A stretch of 64,000 nucleotides of DNA, taken from Escherichia phage PHB12. The stretch is from sequence record MK524178.1; one strand, given 5' to 3'. Positions 44,228-54,348 of this stretch are shown in pieces. A program made the position numbers and the translations under genes. Every line of letters begins with the position of its first letter. Position 1 is the stretch's first letter. Below the pieces are notes generated by a model, which saw only the letters and a program-made list of their open reading frames with translations, did not search any database and was not told the origin of the DNA.

Positions 44228-44803
44228 TTGTTATTTACATTCTTCGACCCAATAGGATATAGTGCTAAAACAGTTAATAAGAACGCACCTACTATTCCTA
44301 TGACAGACATATTTCGTAACTATAAAGAGTACTTTAAGCGTGTTGCTGCCAATTATAGATTACGTTCTTATTATATTAAAGGCTCTCCACGTCCTGAAGA
44401 ACTAGCAAACATAATTTATGGCAACCCTCAATTATACTGGGTCCTTTTGATGTGTAATGACAACTATGATCCGTATTATGGTTGGATTACATCTCAGGAA
44501 GCAGCGTATCAAGCTTCTATTCAGAAATATGCTAATGCTGGCGGCGACCAAATTCTTTATCATATTAACGAAAAACGCGAGAAATTTTATAACTTAGTTT
44601 CATATCCAGATGAGCCATTAGTATGGTATGATAAAGGCGATAAAGCTCGTAAGTATCCACAATATAAAGGACCTTTAGCTGCAGTAGATACTTATGAAGC
44701 GGCAGTATTAGATAATGAAAAACTTCGTAAAATAAAAATTGTTGCAAAAGAAGATATAAACTCGTTTATCACAGATTTGATTCGTGAGATGGAGATTGCA
44801 TAA
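44228..44803 (+). CDS. 53: baseplate wedge protein gp53 (TTG start)
   Basis: 191 aa; MLFTFFDPIGYSAKTVNKNAPTIPMTDIFRNYKEYFKR... matches T4 gp53; first codon is TTG with AAGGAG 7 nt upstream. Confidence 0.85.
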   Translation: MLFTFFDPIGYSAKTVNKNAPTIPMTDIFRNYKEYFKRVAANYRLRSYYIKGSPRPEELANIIYGNPQLYWVLLMCNDNYDPYYGWITSQEAAYQASIQKYANAGGDQILYHINEKREKFYNLVSYPDEPLVWYDKGDKARKYPQYKGPLAAVDTYEAAVLDNEKLRKIKIVAKEDINSFITDLIREMEIA

Positions 44804-46536
44804 TGGAAATGATTAGCAGTAGCCTTAATTGGTTCGTGGGTGTTGTCGAGGACAGAATGGACCCATTAAAACAAGGGCGAGTTCGAGTTCGAGTCGTTGG
44901 TCTTCATCCGGCGCAGAGAACACAAGGTGATGTACAAGGTATTCCTACAGAAAAACTTCCATGGATGACTGTTATTCAGCCTATTACGTCTGCATCAATG
45001 TCAGGTATTGGTGGTTCTGTTACAGGTCCTGTTGAAGGAACTCGAGTATATGGTCATTTCTTAGACAAATGGAAAACAAACGGGATTGTACTTGGTACAT
45101 ATGGCGGAATAGTACGTGAAAAGCCTAATAGACTTGAAGGTTTTTCAGACCCGACAGGCCAGTATCCGCGACGTTTAGGTAATGATACGAACGTATTAAA
45201 CCAAGGTGGTGAAGCTGGTTATTATTCGAACTCTAACGTAATTCAAGATAACAACTTGGATTACGGTATAAACCCAGACGATACAGATTTAGCAAATATC
45301 CCAGAAGATGATGACCCTAATTTTACAATAACAGAAATGTTACGTCGTGATGAAGGTCTTCGTGATAAAGTGTATTGGGACCATCTCGGATATCCTACAG
45401 TAGGTATTGGACACCTTATCGTAATGGAAAAGACCCGAGATATGTCTCGAATTAATAAATTGTTATCTGATCAAGTAGGGCGTGAAGTAACAGGAAATCC
45501 CGGGACTATTACATTAGAAGAAGCAACAGCTCTATTTGAGAAGGACCTTGCTAAGATGCAGAAAGACATTCGTTCTAATTCTAAAGTAGGTCCTGTTTAT
45601 GCTAAAATGAACAGATCTCGCCAAATGGCATTAGAAAACATGTGCTTCCAGATGGGCGTTGGTGGTGTAGCAAAATTCAATACTATGCTTAAAGCAATGG
45701 CCACAGGCGATTGGAAAACCGCATACAAATCCGGACGCGATTCGTTATGGTTCCAACAGACTAAAGGGCGTGCTTCACGTGTAACAACAATTATTTTAAC
45801 CGGTAACATGGAATCATACGGTGTTCCTGTTAAAACACCGCCTTCGCCTGGTGTTGGTGCCGATTTAGTTACTAGAAATACCGATCCAGAAGACCCGGCT
45901 GGTCCTCCTGTTCCGTTAGATTCACGTATCCTTTTTAAAGAACCAGAATCAAGTTATCGTGGTGAGTATCCATACGTTCATGCTATGGAAACAGAAAGCG
46001 GTCATATCCAAGAATTTGACGATACTCCAGGTAATGAACGTTATCGCTTAGTTCATCCAACAGGGTCATATGAGGAAGTTTCTCCGTCTGGGCGTCGTAC
46101 TCGTAAAACTGTAGAAGACCTTTTTGACATCACTAACGGCGATGGGAATTTCCTGGTTTCTGGTGATAAACTTGTTAACGTTGGTGCTAACGAAATATAT
46201 TATAACATGGCAGACCGCCTCCATCAAATAGACGGCAACGACACAATCTTTATTCGTGGCAACCAAGTTAAAACTGTTGAAGGTGATGGAACTCTTTACG
46301 TTAAGGGCAATATCAAAATAGTCGTTGACGGGAATGCAGATATTCTTGTTAAAGGTGATGCTAAAACTCAGGTCGAAGGGAATCATGATTACACCGTCAA
46401 CGGAAACGTTAAATGGACTGTTAATGGTAATGTTGATATGACTGTTGCCGGGGATTGGGCAGAAACAATGTCTACAATGAGCTCGGTAGCTTCAGGACAA
46501 TACACTGTTGACGGATCTCGTATTGATATTGGGTAA
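44803..46536 (+). CDS. 5: baseplate hub subunit and tail lysozyme gp5
   Basis: 577 aa; N-terminal OB domain, central lysozyme domain (ITEMLRRDEGLRDKVYWDHLGYPTVGIGHL), C-terminal beta-helix repeats (VxG repeats). Confidence 0.9.
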   Translation: MEMISSSLNWFVGVVEDRMDPLKQGRVRVRVVGLHPAQRTQGDVQGIPTEKLPWMTVIQPITSASMSGIGGSVTGPVEGTRVYGHFLDKWKTNGIVLGTYGGIVREKPNRLEGFSDPTGQYPRRLGNDTNVLNQGGEAGYYSNSNVIQDNNLDYGINPDDTDLANIPEDDDPNFTITEMLRRDEGLRDKVYWDHLGYPTVGIGHLIVMEKTRDMSRINKLLSDQVGREVTGNPGTITLEEATALFEKDLAKMQKDIRSNSKVGPVYAKMNRSRQMALENMCFQMGVGGVAKFNTMLKAMATGDWKTAYKSGRDSLWFQQTKGRASRVTTIILTGNMESYGVPVKTPPSPGVGADLVTRNTDPEDPAGPPVPLDSRILFKEPESSYRGEYPYVHAMETESGHIQEFDDTPGNERYRLVHPTGSYEEVSPSGRRTRKTVEDLFDITNGDGNFLVSGDKLVNVGANEIYYNMADRLHQIDGNDTIFIRGNQVKTVEGDGTLYVKGNIKIVVDGNADILVKGDAKTQVEGNHDYTVNGNVKWTVNGNVDMTVAGDWAETMSTMSSVASGQYTVDGSRIDIG

Positions 46537-46539
46537 TAT

Positions 46540-47055
46540 ATGGCACAAATACTTCCTTTAAATACCGACTTAGGAGAAGACATGGAAGGGGCGTCTATTG
46601 ACGTCCTTTTTACTCCACAGTTAGAAACAACCGAAACTTTAGTGTCAATAAATATAACAGATTATGAACCAACACAAGGCATTACAGTTGACGGTAATCA
46701 CTTATATGGAATATACGAAAGCGTATTTAGCTTTTCTTCAGATGCATTGAAATACCGATTAAATGATGATTTTGAAACCGCATCTTCATGGGATGATTTA
46801 CCGAAAGATGAATCCACACAGTTATATTTGTGGAGAGCTCCTCAGAATCTTCGTAAAGTGTTTAGTTATACGGTTGAAATGATTTATAACCACCAAGAAG
46901 AAAGTTCATCAGGCGGTTCTAGAAGTGACTCTGCTACAGAACCTCCACCGGCTCCAGTACAAAAAACTCTTACTAAGGTTTATACAAAAACTATAGTAGG
47001 AAATTGGAGCAAATGGGCTCAACAATTACGAAACTATGTTTATGCGAGGCCATAA
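46540..47055 (+). CDS. 5.1: gp5.1-like protein
   Basis: 171 aa ORF directly after gene 5; positional call. Confidence 0.55.
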   Translation: MAQILPLNTDLGEDMEGASIDVLFTPQLETTETLVSINITDYEPTQGITVDGNHLYGIYESVFSFSSDALKYRLNDDFETASSWDDLPKDESTQLYLWRAPQNLRKVFSYTVEMIYNHQEESSSGGSRSDSATEPPPAPVQKTLTKVYTKTIVGNWSKWAQQLRNYVYARP

Positions 47056-47057
47056 AA

Positions 47058-47351
47058 ATGTCTGGATTAAGTTACGACCAGTGCGTTACAACAGGTCATG
47101 AAGCATGGCCTCCTACAGTAATTAATGCTTCTCAATCTAAAGTATTCACTGGCGGTATTCCTGTTCTTGTGGCAGGAGACCAAATAACACCTCATACAGA
47201 AATTAAAAAACCGTACGAGACTCATGGTGGTGTTACTGAACCTCGTACATCTAAAGTATATGTCACCGGTAAAAAGGCCGTTCAAATGGCTGACCCAATT
47301 TCATGCGGGGATACTGTTTCTCAGGCCTCGTCAAAAGTCTTTATAAAATAG
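47058..47351 (+). CDS. 5.4: PAAR-repeat spike tip protein gp5.4
   Basis: Start at ATG 47058 ([19 protein letters not shown]...); 97 aa; small Cys/His-bearing protein at the T4 gp5.4 position. Confidence 0.7.
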   Translation: MSGLSYDQCVTTGHEAWPPTVINASQSKVFTGGIPVLVAGDQITPHTEIKKPYETHGGVTEPRTSKVYVTGKKAVQMADPISCGDTVSQASSKVFIK

Positions 47352-47359
47352 GAATTAAA

Positions 47360-49330
47360 ATGGCAAACACTCCTGTAAATTATCAGTTAGTCAGAACGGC
47401 GAATGCTATTCCCGAAATTTTTATCGGGGGCACATTTGCCGAAATCAAACAGAACATTATCGAATGGCTCAATGGGCAGAATGAATTTCTTGATTATGAT
47501 TTTGAAGGTTCGCGTTTAAACGTATTGTGTGACCTTTTAGCATATAACACTCTTTACATCCAACAGTTCAGTAATAGTGCAGTGTATGAAAGTTTTATGC
47601 GTACTGCAAACTTGCGTAGTTCTGTTGTACAAGCGGCTCAAGATAACGGATATCTGCCTTCATCTAAATCAGCAGCACAAACAGAAATTATGCTCACATG
47701 CACGGATGCATTAAATAGAAACTATATCACCATTCCACGTGGCACTCGTTTCTTAGCATACGCTAAAGATACTTCTGTTAACCCGTATAACTTTGTTTCT
47801 ACTGAAGATGTCATTGTAGTTAAAGATAAAAATAATCAATATTTCCCACGTCTTAGGTTAGCTCAGGGACGTATTGTTCGCACTGAATTAACATTTGATA
47901 AATTAAAACCTATCATTATTCGCGATAAGAACATCGATCGTAATTTGGTTAAATTGTATGTTGACGGAGCAGAATGGATTAACTGGACTCGCAAATCGAT
48001 GGTTCATGCTGGTTCTACTTCAACCATTTATTATATGCGAGAAACTGTTGACGGGAACACTGAATTTTATTTTGGTGAAGGTGAAATCTCTATTAACACA
48101 TCAGAAGGTGCTTTAACATCCAACTACATTGGTGGCCTTAAACCTGTCCAGGGTTCTAAAATCGTAATTGAATATATTTCTACTAATGGTGCTGAAGCAA
48201 ATGGTGCAGTAGGATTCTCTTATGCTGATACATTAGCTAATATCACAGTTATTGGAATTAATGAAAACCCGAGTAATAACCCTGACTTCGTTGGTGCGGA
48301 TGGCGGTGGCGACCCTGAAGATATTGAACGTATCCGTGAATTAGGTACAATTAAACGCGAAACTCAACAACGATGTGTGACCGCGACTGATTACGACACA
48401 TTCGTCTCTGAGCGATTTGGTTCTATTATTCAAGCGGTTCAGACATTTACGGATTCATCTAAGCCTGGGTACGCATTTATTGCTGCTAAACCTAAGTCTG
48501 GGTTATATTTGACTTCCGTCCAACGAGACGATATTAAAAATTATCTTAATGAGTATAACTTAGGGACGATAACTCCTGTTGTTATTTCTCCTGATTATTT
48601 GTTTATTAAAATGAATATTCGTGTTACGTATGCATTGAACAAATTACAGGAATCTGAACAATGGTTAGAAGGCCAAATTATTAATAAAATCGACCGTTAT
48701 TATATTGAAGACGTGGAAATTTTTAACTCGTCATTCGCAAAATCTAAAATGTTAACGTATGTCGATGACGCAGATATTTCTATCATTGGTTCGTCTGCGA
48801 CTATTCAAATGGTTCGCGAGGTACAGAACTTCTACAAAACACCTGAAACAGGTATTAAATACAATAACCAGATTAAAGATAGAACATTAGAATCTAACGT
48901 GTTTTCATTTGATAGTTTACGCGTTGACCCTGAAACGGAAGTTACTATTAAATACGACGTTCGCATTGTAGGTTCAGATAGAAATGACCGAGGCATTGGA
49001 CAAGTTATTATTGGCCCGTTTGCGGATGGCGACGTTATAGAAAACGCTTATATTCAACCATATACTGGTGACGATTTTAATAAACTTAATGTTAAGGACG
49101 GAAGAAACAAATATTACTCTATAGGTGAAGTAAATTATCCGGCTGATTCAATTTATTGGAATATAGCTAAAATTGATTTAACTTCTGATAGGTTTGAAGT
49201 TCAAACTATTGAACTCTATTCGGACCCAGCTGATGATGTTATCTTTACTAAAGACGGGTCGTTAATTGTATTTGAAAATGACTTACGTCCGCAATATTTA
49301 ACCATAGATTTGGAGCCTATTTCACAATGA
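47360..49330 (+). CDS. 6: baseplate wedge protein gp6
   Basis: Start at ATG 47360 (MANTPVNYQLVRTANAIPEIFIGGTFAEIKQNIIEWLNGQNEF...), matching the T4 gp6 N-terminus; 656 aa. Confidence 0.9.
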   Translation: MANTPVNYQLVRTANAIPEIFIGGTFAEIKQNIIEWLNGQNEFLDYDFEGSRLNVLCDLLAYNTLYIQQFSNSAVYESFMRTANLRSSVVQAAQDNGYLPSSKSAAQTEIMLTCTDALNRNYITIPRGTRFLAYAKDTSVNPYNFVSTEDVIVVKDKNNQYFPRLRLAQGRIVRTELTFDKLKPIIIRDKNIDRNLVKLYVDGAEWINWTRKSMVHAGSTSTIYYMRETVDGNTEFYFGEGEISINTSEGALTSNYIGGLKPVQGSKIVIEYISTNGAEANGAVGFSYADTLANITVIGINENPSNNPDFVGADGGGDPEDIERIRELGTIKRETQQRCVTATDYDTFVSERFGSIIQAVQTFTDSSKPGYAFIAAKPKSGLYLTSVQRDDIKNYLNEYNLGTITPVVISPDYLFIKMNIRVTYALNKLQESEQWLEGQIINKIDRYYIEDVEIFNSSFAKSKMLTYVDDADISIIGSSATIQMVREVQNFYKTPETGIKYNNQIKDRTLESNVFSFDSLRVDPETEVTIKYDVRIVGSDRNDRGIGQVIIGPFADGDVIENAYIQPYTGDDFNKLNVKDGRNKYYSIGEVNYPADSIYWNIAKIDLTSDRFEVQTIELYSDPADDVIFTKDGSLIVFENDLRPQYLTIDLEPISQ

Positions 49331-52300
49331 CAGTAAAAGCGCCAGCAGTCACGAGTCTCAGATTATCTAAATTGTCCGCAAACCAAGTTCAAATTCGCTG
49401 GGATGAGGTTGGCGCTAATTTCTACTATTTTGTGGAAATAGCTGAGACCAAAACAGCTAATGGGGAAGCAATTCCCCGTAATAGCTATAGATGGACTAAT
49501 TTAGGATATACCGCTGATAACAATTTCTTTGAGTCTGGTTTAAATTCATTAACAACATATATGATGCGTGTGGCTACAGCAGCGGAGGGATTTGAGCAGT
49601 CTGATTGGAGATACACCGAAGAGTTTGAAACATTTGAAATAAACGCTTATACATTCCAACATATGATTGAAATGCAATTAGCTAATGAGTTTATTTCTGA
49701 AAAATTTACAAAAAATAATACCAACTACGTTGATTTTAATAATGACACGATCATGGCAGCACTGATGAGCGAGTCGTTCCAATTTAGTCCTGCATACACC
49801 GATGTGTCATCGATTAGAAATTTTATAATTGGCGAAAATCAGTATCATGAAATCCAGGGGCATATCCAGGACGTATGTAAAGATATAAATCGAGTATATC
49901 TAATGGAATCTGAAGGAATTCTTTACCTTTTTGAAAGATTCCAACCTATTGTAAAAGTGTCTAATGATAAAGGCCAAACATGGAAAGCGGTTAAATTGCT
50001 TAATGACCGTGTAGGATATCCACTTTCACGAACCGTATATTACCAATCAGAATATACGACGTATTTGCTCGGCTATGATAAGATTTTTTACGGGCGTAAA
50101 TCATCCGATATTCGTTGGTCTGCTGATGATGTTCGTTTCAGTTCACAAGATGTAACATTTGCTAAAATCGGGGACCGATTAAATTTAGGTTTTGATGTAG
50201 AGATTTTCGGTACATACGCGTCATTACCAGGAAACGTATCACGTATTGCAGAAGCTATTACTTGTAATGATGACTATGTTTATATTGCGGCCAGAGATAA
50301 AGTTCGCTTCGTTAAAACCAGTAACGCTCCTATTGATTCAGATCCATTATCTCCGACCTATTCCGAACGATTGTTTGAACCTGAGACGTTTACAATAACA
50401 GGCAACCCTAAAGCAGTTTGTTATAAAATGGATTCTGTTGGTGGAAGAATATTCGCTCTTATTATTGGTGAAGTCGAAAACGTTAATGACGACCCAAGAA
50501 CAAAGCCTATTTTGGATTCCGTTGATAAAGGTGTATACGTTTTAGACCATGACGCTGGAACATTTAAAAGGATATTTGGTAATACCGAAGAAGAACGCCG
50601 TCGTATAGAACCGGCTTTCACCAATATGTCTACTGATGGTGTTGAGCTTTATATCTCTTCTAGTAATTTTAAATTTTTAGAATCTGATATTGTTGACGAC
50701 CCAGAAACGCAATCTAAGTATGGACTTTTAGGAGCAGTTAAGTATGAATATCCTAGAGAATGGCTCGCAGATAAACATTACCATATGATGATTTTCGCAT
50801 CAAACGAAGAAAGTAATTGGGAAACTTTTTCACCAACTCCTATGCAGTATTATGCAGAACCTTTCTTTAGTTATTCTAGAAAATCAGGCACACGTTCTTG
50901 GATTAATAACTCTGATAGAGCGGTAGTGATTTATTCTGATTTGCTTTACACAAAGGTAGTGGAAGGCCACCCTAGCACTTCACCTGATCGTAAAGTTCAT
51001 GAATACTGGAACGATGGTGATTGTAAGATTGTTATGCCGAATATAGAATTCACTGGATTTAAAAAATACGCATCTGGTATGTTGTTTTATAAATCATCAG
51101 GTGAAATAATTTCATATTACGATTTTAGTTATCGTGTTAGAGATAACGTTTCTATAATTTGGAAGCCCACTAACGTATTTTTGACCTCCTCATTACAAAA
51201 CCAAGAAAAAGAAACTTCTTGGGTTCCTGTTGAAGAGACAGGTCTAGCTGACCCGGATTTACGCCCATTACTCACTACAATGATGCCAGAGTCTTATCTG
51301 TTGGATAATACAAACTTTGAAGCATTTTGTGAAGCGTATATTCAATATCTTTCTGATGGATACGGGACTCATTATAATAACTTATTGAATTTGATTAAAA
51401 ATAAATACCCACGAGAAGAACACGCATGGGAATATCTTTGGTCTGAAATTTATAAACGGAACATTTATTTGAATGCTGAGAAACGTGATCTAGTTTCTAG
51501 GTTCTTTGAGTCCAGAAGTTACGATTTTTATTCTACTAAAGGAACTGAAGCGTCGTATAAGTTTTTGTTTAAAGTTCTTTATAACGAAGACGTTGAAGTG
51601 GAAATTGAGTCATCTGCTGGAACAGAGTACGATATCATAATTCAATCTGATTCTATAAGTGAAGATTTGGTTGGACAAACTATATACACCGCTACAGGTA
51701 GATGTAATGTTACATATTTAGAAAGAAGCTATTCTAAAGGTAAATTACAATGGACTGTGACTATTCATAACCTTTTAGGTAGGCTTTTAGTCGGTCAAGA
51801 AGTAAAAGCCGAAAGACTAGCAGATTTTGAAGGTGAAATAGTTCGCGGTATTAAAGGTAAAGAACTTGCCCAAAACACTATTGATTATTTTAATCGTGGT
51901 AGAGCTTATTACGTCATGAAAATAAAGTCAAATCTTCCATCCTCTCGTTGGAAATCTGACGTACTACGTTTTGTACATCCGGTAGGATTTGGATTTATTG
52001 CAATAACCTTATTAACAATGTTTATTAATACAGGATTAACGCTTAAACATGTTGAAACTATTATTAATAAATATAAAAATTATAAGTGGGATTCCGGACT
52101 GCCTACGGAATATGCAGACCGCGTCGCTCGTTTAGACCCTCAAGGTAATGTAGAATTCAATCCTGTTACAGGTGAAGTAATTTATGATGCCGGTCCTTAT
52201 GCCGGTATCGAATACCCTTTACCTGCAAATTATAACGAAGAAAATGATAACTCTATTTTCCAAGGACAATTACCGTCCGAACGACGCAAGCCAATGAGCC

Positions 52301-52425
52301 CATTATTTGATGCATCAGGTACAACGTTCTCTAGATTTAGAGAGCTTGTTAATGAAAGATTGTTAGATAACGTGGGAAATCCTAGAGACCCGATTAATCC
52401 ACCACAGGTTAAATTAGATGAATGA
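49327..52425 (+). CDS. 7: baseplate wedge initiator gp7
   Basis: 1032 aa, identical length to T4 gp7; ATGA overlap with gene 6. Confidence 0.9.
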   Translation: MTVKAPAVTSLRLSKLSANQVQIRWDEVGANFYYFVEIAETKTANGEAIPRNSYRWTNLGYTADNNFFESGLNSLTTYMMRVATAAEGFEQSDWRYTEEFETFEINAYTFQHMIEMQLANEFISEKFTKNNTNYVDFNNDTIMAALMSESFQFSPAYTDVSSIRNFIIGENQYHEIQGHIQDVCKDINRVYLMESEGILYLFERFQPIVKVSNDKGQTWKAVKLLNDRVGYPLSRTVYYQSEYTTYLLGYDKIFYGRKSSDIRWSADDVRFSSQDVTFAKIGDRLNLGFDVEIFGTYASLPGNVSRIAEAITCNDDYVYIAARDKVRFVKTSNAPIDSDPLSPTYSERLFEPETFTITGNPKAVCYKMDSVGGRIFALIIGEVENVNDDPRTKPILDSVDKGVYVLDHDAGTFKRIFGNTEEERRRIEPAFTNMSTDGVELYISSSNFKFLESDIVDDPETQSKYGLLGAVKYEYPREWLADKHYHMMIFASNEESNWETFSPTPMQYYAEPFFSYSRKSGTRSWINNSDRAVVIYSDLLYTKVVEGHPSTSPDRKVHEYWNDGDCKIVMPNIEFTGFKKYASGMLFYKSSGEIISYYDFSYRVRDNVSIIWKPTNVFLTSSLQNQEKETSWVPVEETGLADPDLRPLLTTMMPESYLLDNTNFEAFCEAYIQYLSDGYGTHYNNLLNLIKNKYPREEHAWEYLWSEIYKRNIYLNAEKRDLVSRFFESRSYDFYSTKGTEASYKFLFKVLYNEDVEVEIESSAGTEYDIIIQSDSISEDLVGQTIYTATGRCNVTYLERSYSKGKLQWTVTIHNLLGRLLVGQEVKAERLADFEGEIVRGIKGKELAQNTIDYFNRGRAYYVMKIKSNLPSSRWKSDVLRFVHPVGFGFIAITLLTMFINTGLTLKHVETIINKYKNYKWDSGLPTEYADRVARLDPQGNVEFNPVTGEVIYDAGPYAGIEYPLPANYNEENDNSIFQGQLPSERRKPMSPLFDASGTTFSRFRELVNERLLDNVGNPRDPINPPQVKLDE

Positions 52426-53422
52426 TTCAAGTGTTGTCTATCGTGCGATAGTTACTTCAAAATTTAGAACTGAAAAAATGTTGAATTTCTACAATTCAAT
52501 AGGTGATGGTGATAATAAAAACACCATCTTTATAACGTTTGGTCGGTCTGAACCATGGGCTGCTAATGAAAATGAGGTGGGCTTCGCCCCACCATATCCA
52601 ACAGACTCTGTTTTAGGTGTAACAGATATGTGGACTAACATGATGGGTTTAGTTAAAGTTATCCCATCTATGTTAGACTCGGTTATTCCTAGACGTGACT
52701 GGGGAGATATTCGTTATCCAGACCCTTATACATTCAAAATAAATGATATAGTCGTATGTAATACAGCCCCATATAATGCCACTGAAGTCGGGGCCGGATG
52801 GTTAGTATATCGTTGCGTAGATGTTCCTGATGTTGGGATGTGTTCTATTGAGTCTCTCGACAACAAAGAAGAATGTCTTAAATTAGGTGGTAAATGGACT
52901 CCGTCTGTTAGGTCTTTAACCCCTCCTGAAGGCCGTGGAGATGCTGAAGGGATTATCGAAGTTGGTGATGGATATATATGGGAGTATCTTTATGAGATTC
53001 CGCCTGATGTGTCTATAAACCGATGTACTAATGAATATATAGTCGTTCCATGGCCGGAAGAAGTTAAAGAAGACCCTGCTCGTTGGGGATATGAAAACAA
53101 TCTAACCTGGCAGCAAGATGATTTTGGCCTTGTTTATAGAGTTAAAGCAAACATAATTCGTTTTAAAGCCTATTTAGACTCAGTTTATTTCCCTAATGCA
53201 GCACTGCCAGGTAATAAAGGATTTAGACAAATTTCTATTATCACAAACCCCTTGGAAGCTAAACTCCGTCCTAATGACCCTAATATAAAGGCTGAAAAGG
53301 ATTATTATGACCCCAGAGATTTACAGCGTCATTCTGGTGAAATGATTTATATGGAAAACCGTCCACCTATTATTATGGCAATGGATCAAACCGAAGAGAT
53401 CAATATTTTGTTTATGTTCTAA
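52418..53422 (+). CDS. 8: baseplate wedge protein gp8
   Basis: 334 aa, identical length to T4 gp8; follows gene 7 with 8-nt overlap. Confidence 0.9.
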   Translation: MNDSSVVYRAIVTSKFRTEKMLNFYNSIGDGDNKNTIFITFGRSEPWAANENEVGFAPPYPTDSVLGVTDMWTNMMGLVKVIPSMLDSVIPRRDWGDIRYPDPYTFKINDIVVCNTAPYNATEVGAGWLVYRCVDVPDVGMCSIESLDNKEECLKLGGKWTPSVRSLTPPEGRGDAEGIIEVGDGYIWEYLYEIPPDVSINRCTNEYIVVPWPEEVKEDPARWGYENNLTWQQDDFGLVYRVKANIIRFKAYLDSVYFPNAALPGNKGFRQISIITNPLEAKLRPNDPNIKAEKDYYDPRDLQRHSGEMIYMENRPPIIMAMDQTEEINILFMF

Positions 53423-53426
53423 TTTA

Positions 53427-53450
53427 GGGAGACTTCGGTCTCCCTTTCGT
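53427..53450 (+). terminator. rho-independent terminator after gene 8 (GGGAGAC-UUCG-GUCUCCC + U-rich)
   Basis: Perfect 7-bp stem with UUCG loop at 53427-53444 followed by TTTCGTG. Confidence 0.65.
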
Positions 53451-53452
53451 GT

Positions 53453-53460
53453 ATAAATAG
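53453..53460 (+). promoter_or_regulatory. T4-type late promoter TATAAATA for gene 9
   Basis: Exact TATAAATA at 53453-53460, 25 nt upstream of the gene 9 ATG. Confidence 0.7.
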
Positions 53461-53484
53461 TATAAACTATTAAGGATTAGCCAC

Positions 53485-54348
53485 ATGTATATTCAAACTC
53501 CAAAACAATTGATTGACGTTGGCGAAATTGGTAACGCTTCTACAGGCGATATCCTTTTTGACGGCGGTGTTAAAATAAACAATGATATAAATGCTATTTA
53601 CAATGCGTTTGGTGACCAACGAAAAATGGCAACTGCTAATGGGACAGGACCAAATGGACAAATAATCCATGCCACTGGATACTACCAAAAAGGAGGCCCT
53701 ACTGATTATTTCACCCCTGTTCCAGTAGGAAGTAGACACGACATAGATGCTTCTACCGGTGGTGTTATTGTTACTGTTGCTAGAGGTGAACTCGGCGATT
53801 CCGTGGAATTTATAAATTCAAACGGGTCAATTTCTGTAAACAACCCATTAAGTATCCAAGCATTAGATTCTATTAAAGGTGTTGCAGGTAATTTAGTTAT
53901 AACTACACCTTATACTAAAGTTACTCTTCGTTGTATTTCTTCTGGTGCAGGCGGTTCAATATGGGATTATTCTACAGAAAGTATGTTTAGTCATACCGAA
54001 ATTCCTGTAGACGGGACATGGAATATTATTTCAGACTATGTCAATATTCCTCTATTTTATAAAACTGAATATAATGCTGCTAAACTTTTGGTTACATGCC
54101 AATCTGCCAACGGCAGAAAAATTAAATCATGCGAAATAAATATTCTAATAGATACAATTAATTCAAGAGTTATTTCAACCGAATACGCAGTGATGCGCGT
54201 TGGTAATGATAACGAAGAAGATGAAATTGCGAATATTAGTTTTTCGATAATTAACAATTTTGCCACTATGACAGTTTCTTCACATATAAATGGTCTTCGA
54301 GTGGCAGCTAAAGTTATTTCAACTCAGAAAATTAGGGTCGCTCAATAA
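53485..54348 (+). CDS. 9: baseplate wedge / long tail fibre socket protein gp9
   Basis: 287 aa; position and size match T4 gp9. Confidence 0.85.
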   Translation: MYIQTPKQLIDVGEIGNASTGDILFDGGVKINNDINAIYNAFGDQRKMATANGTGPNGQIIHATGYYQKGGPTDYFTPVPVGSRHDIDASTGGVIVTVARGELGDSVEFINSNGSISVNNPLSIQALDSIKGVAGNLVITTPYTKVTLRCISSGAGGSIWDYSTESMFSHTEIPVDGTWNIISDYVNIPLFYKTEYNAAKLLVTCQSANGRKIKSCEINILIDTINSRVISTEYAVMRVGNDNEEDEIANISFSIINNFATMTVSSHINGLRVAAKVISTQKIRVAQ

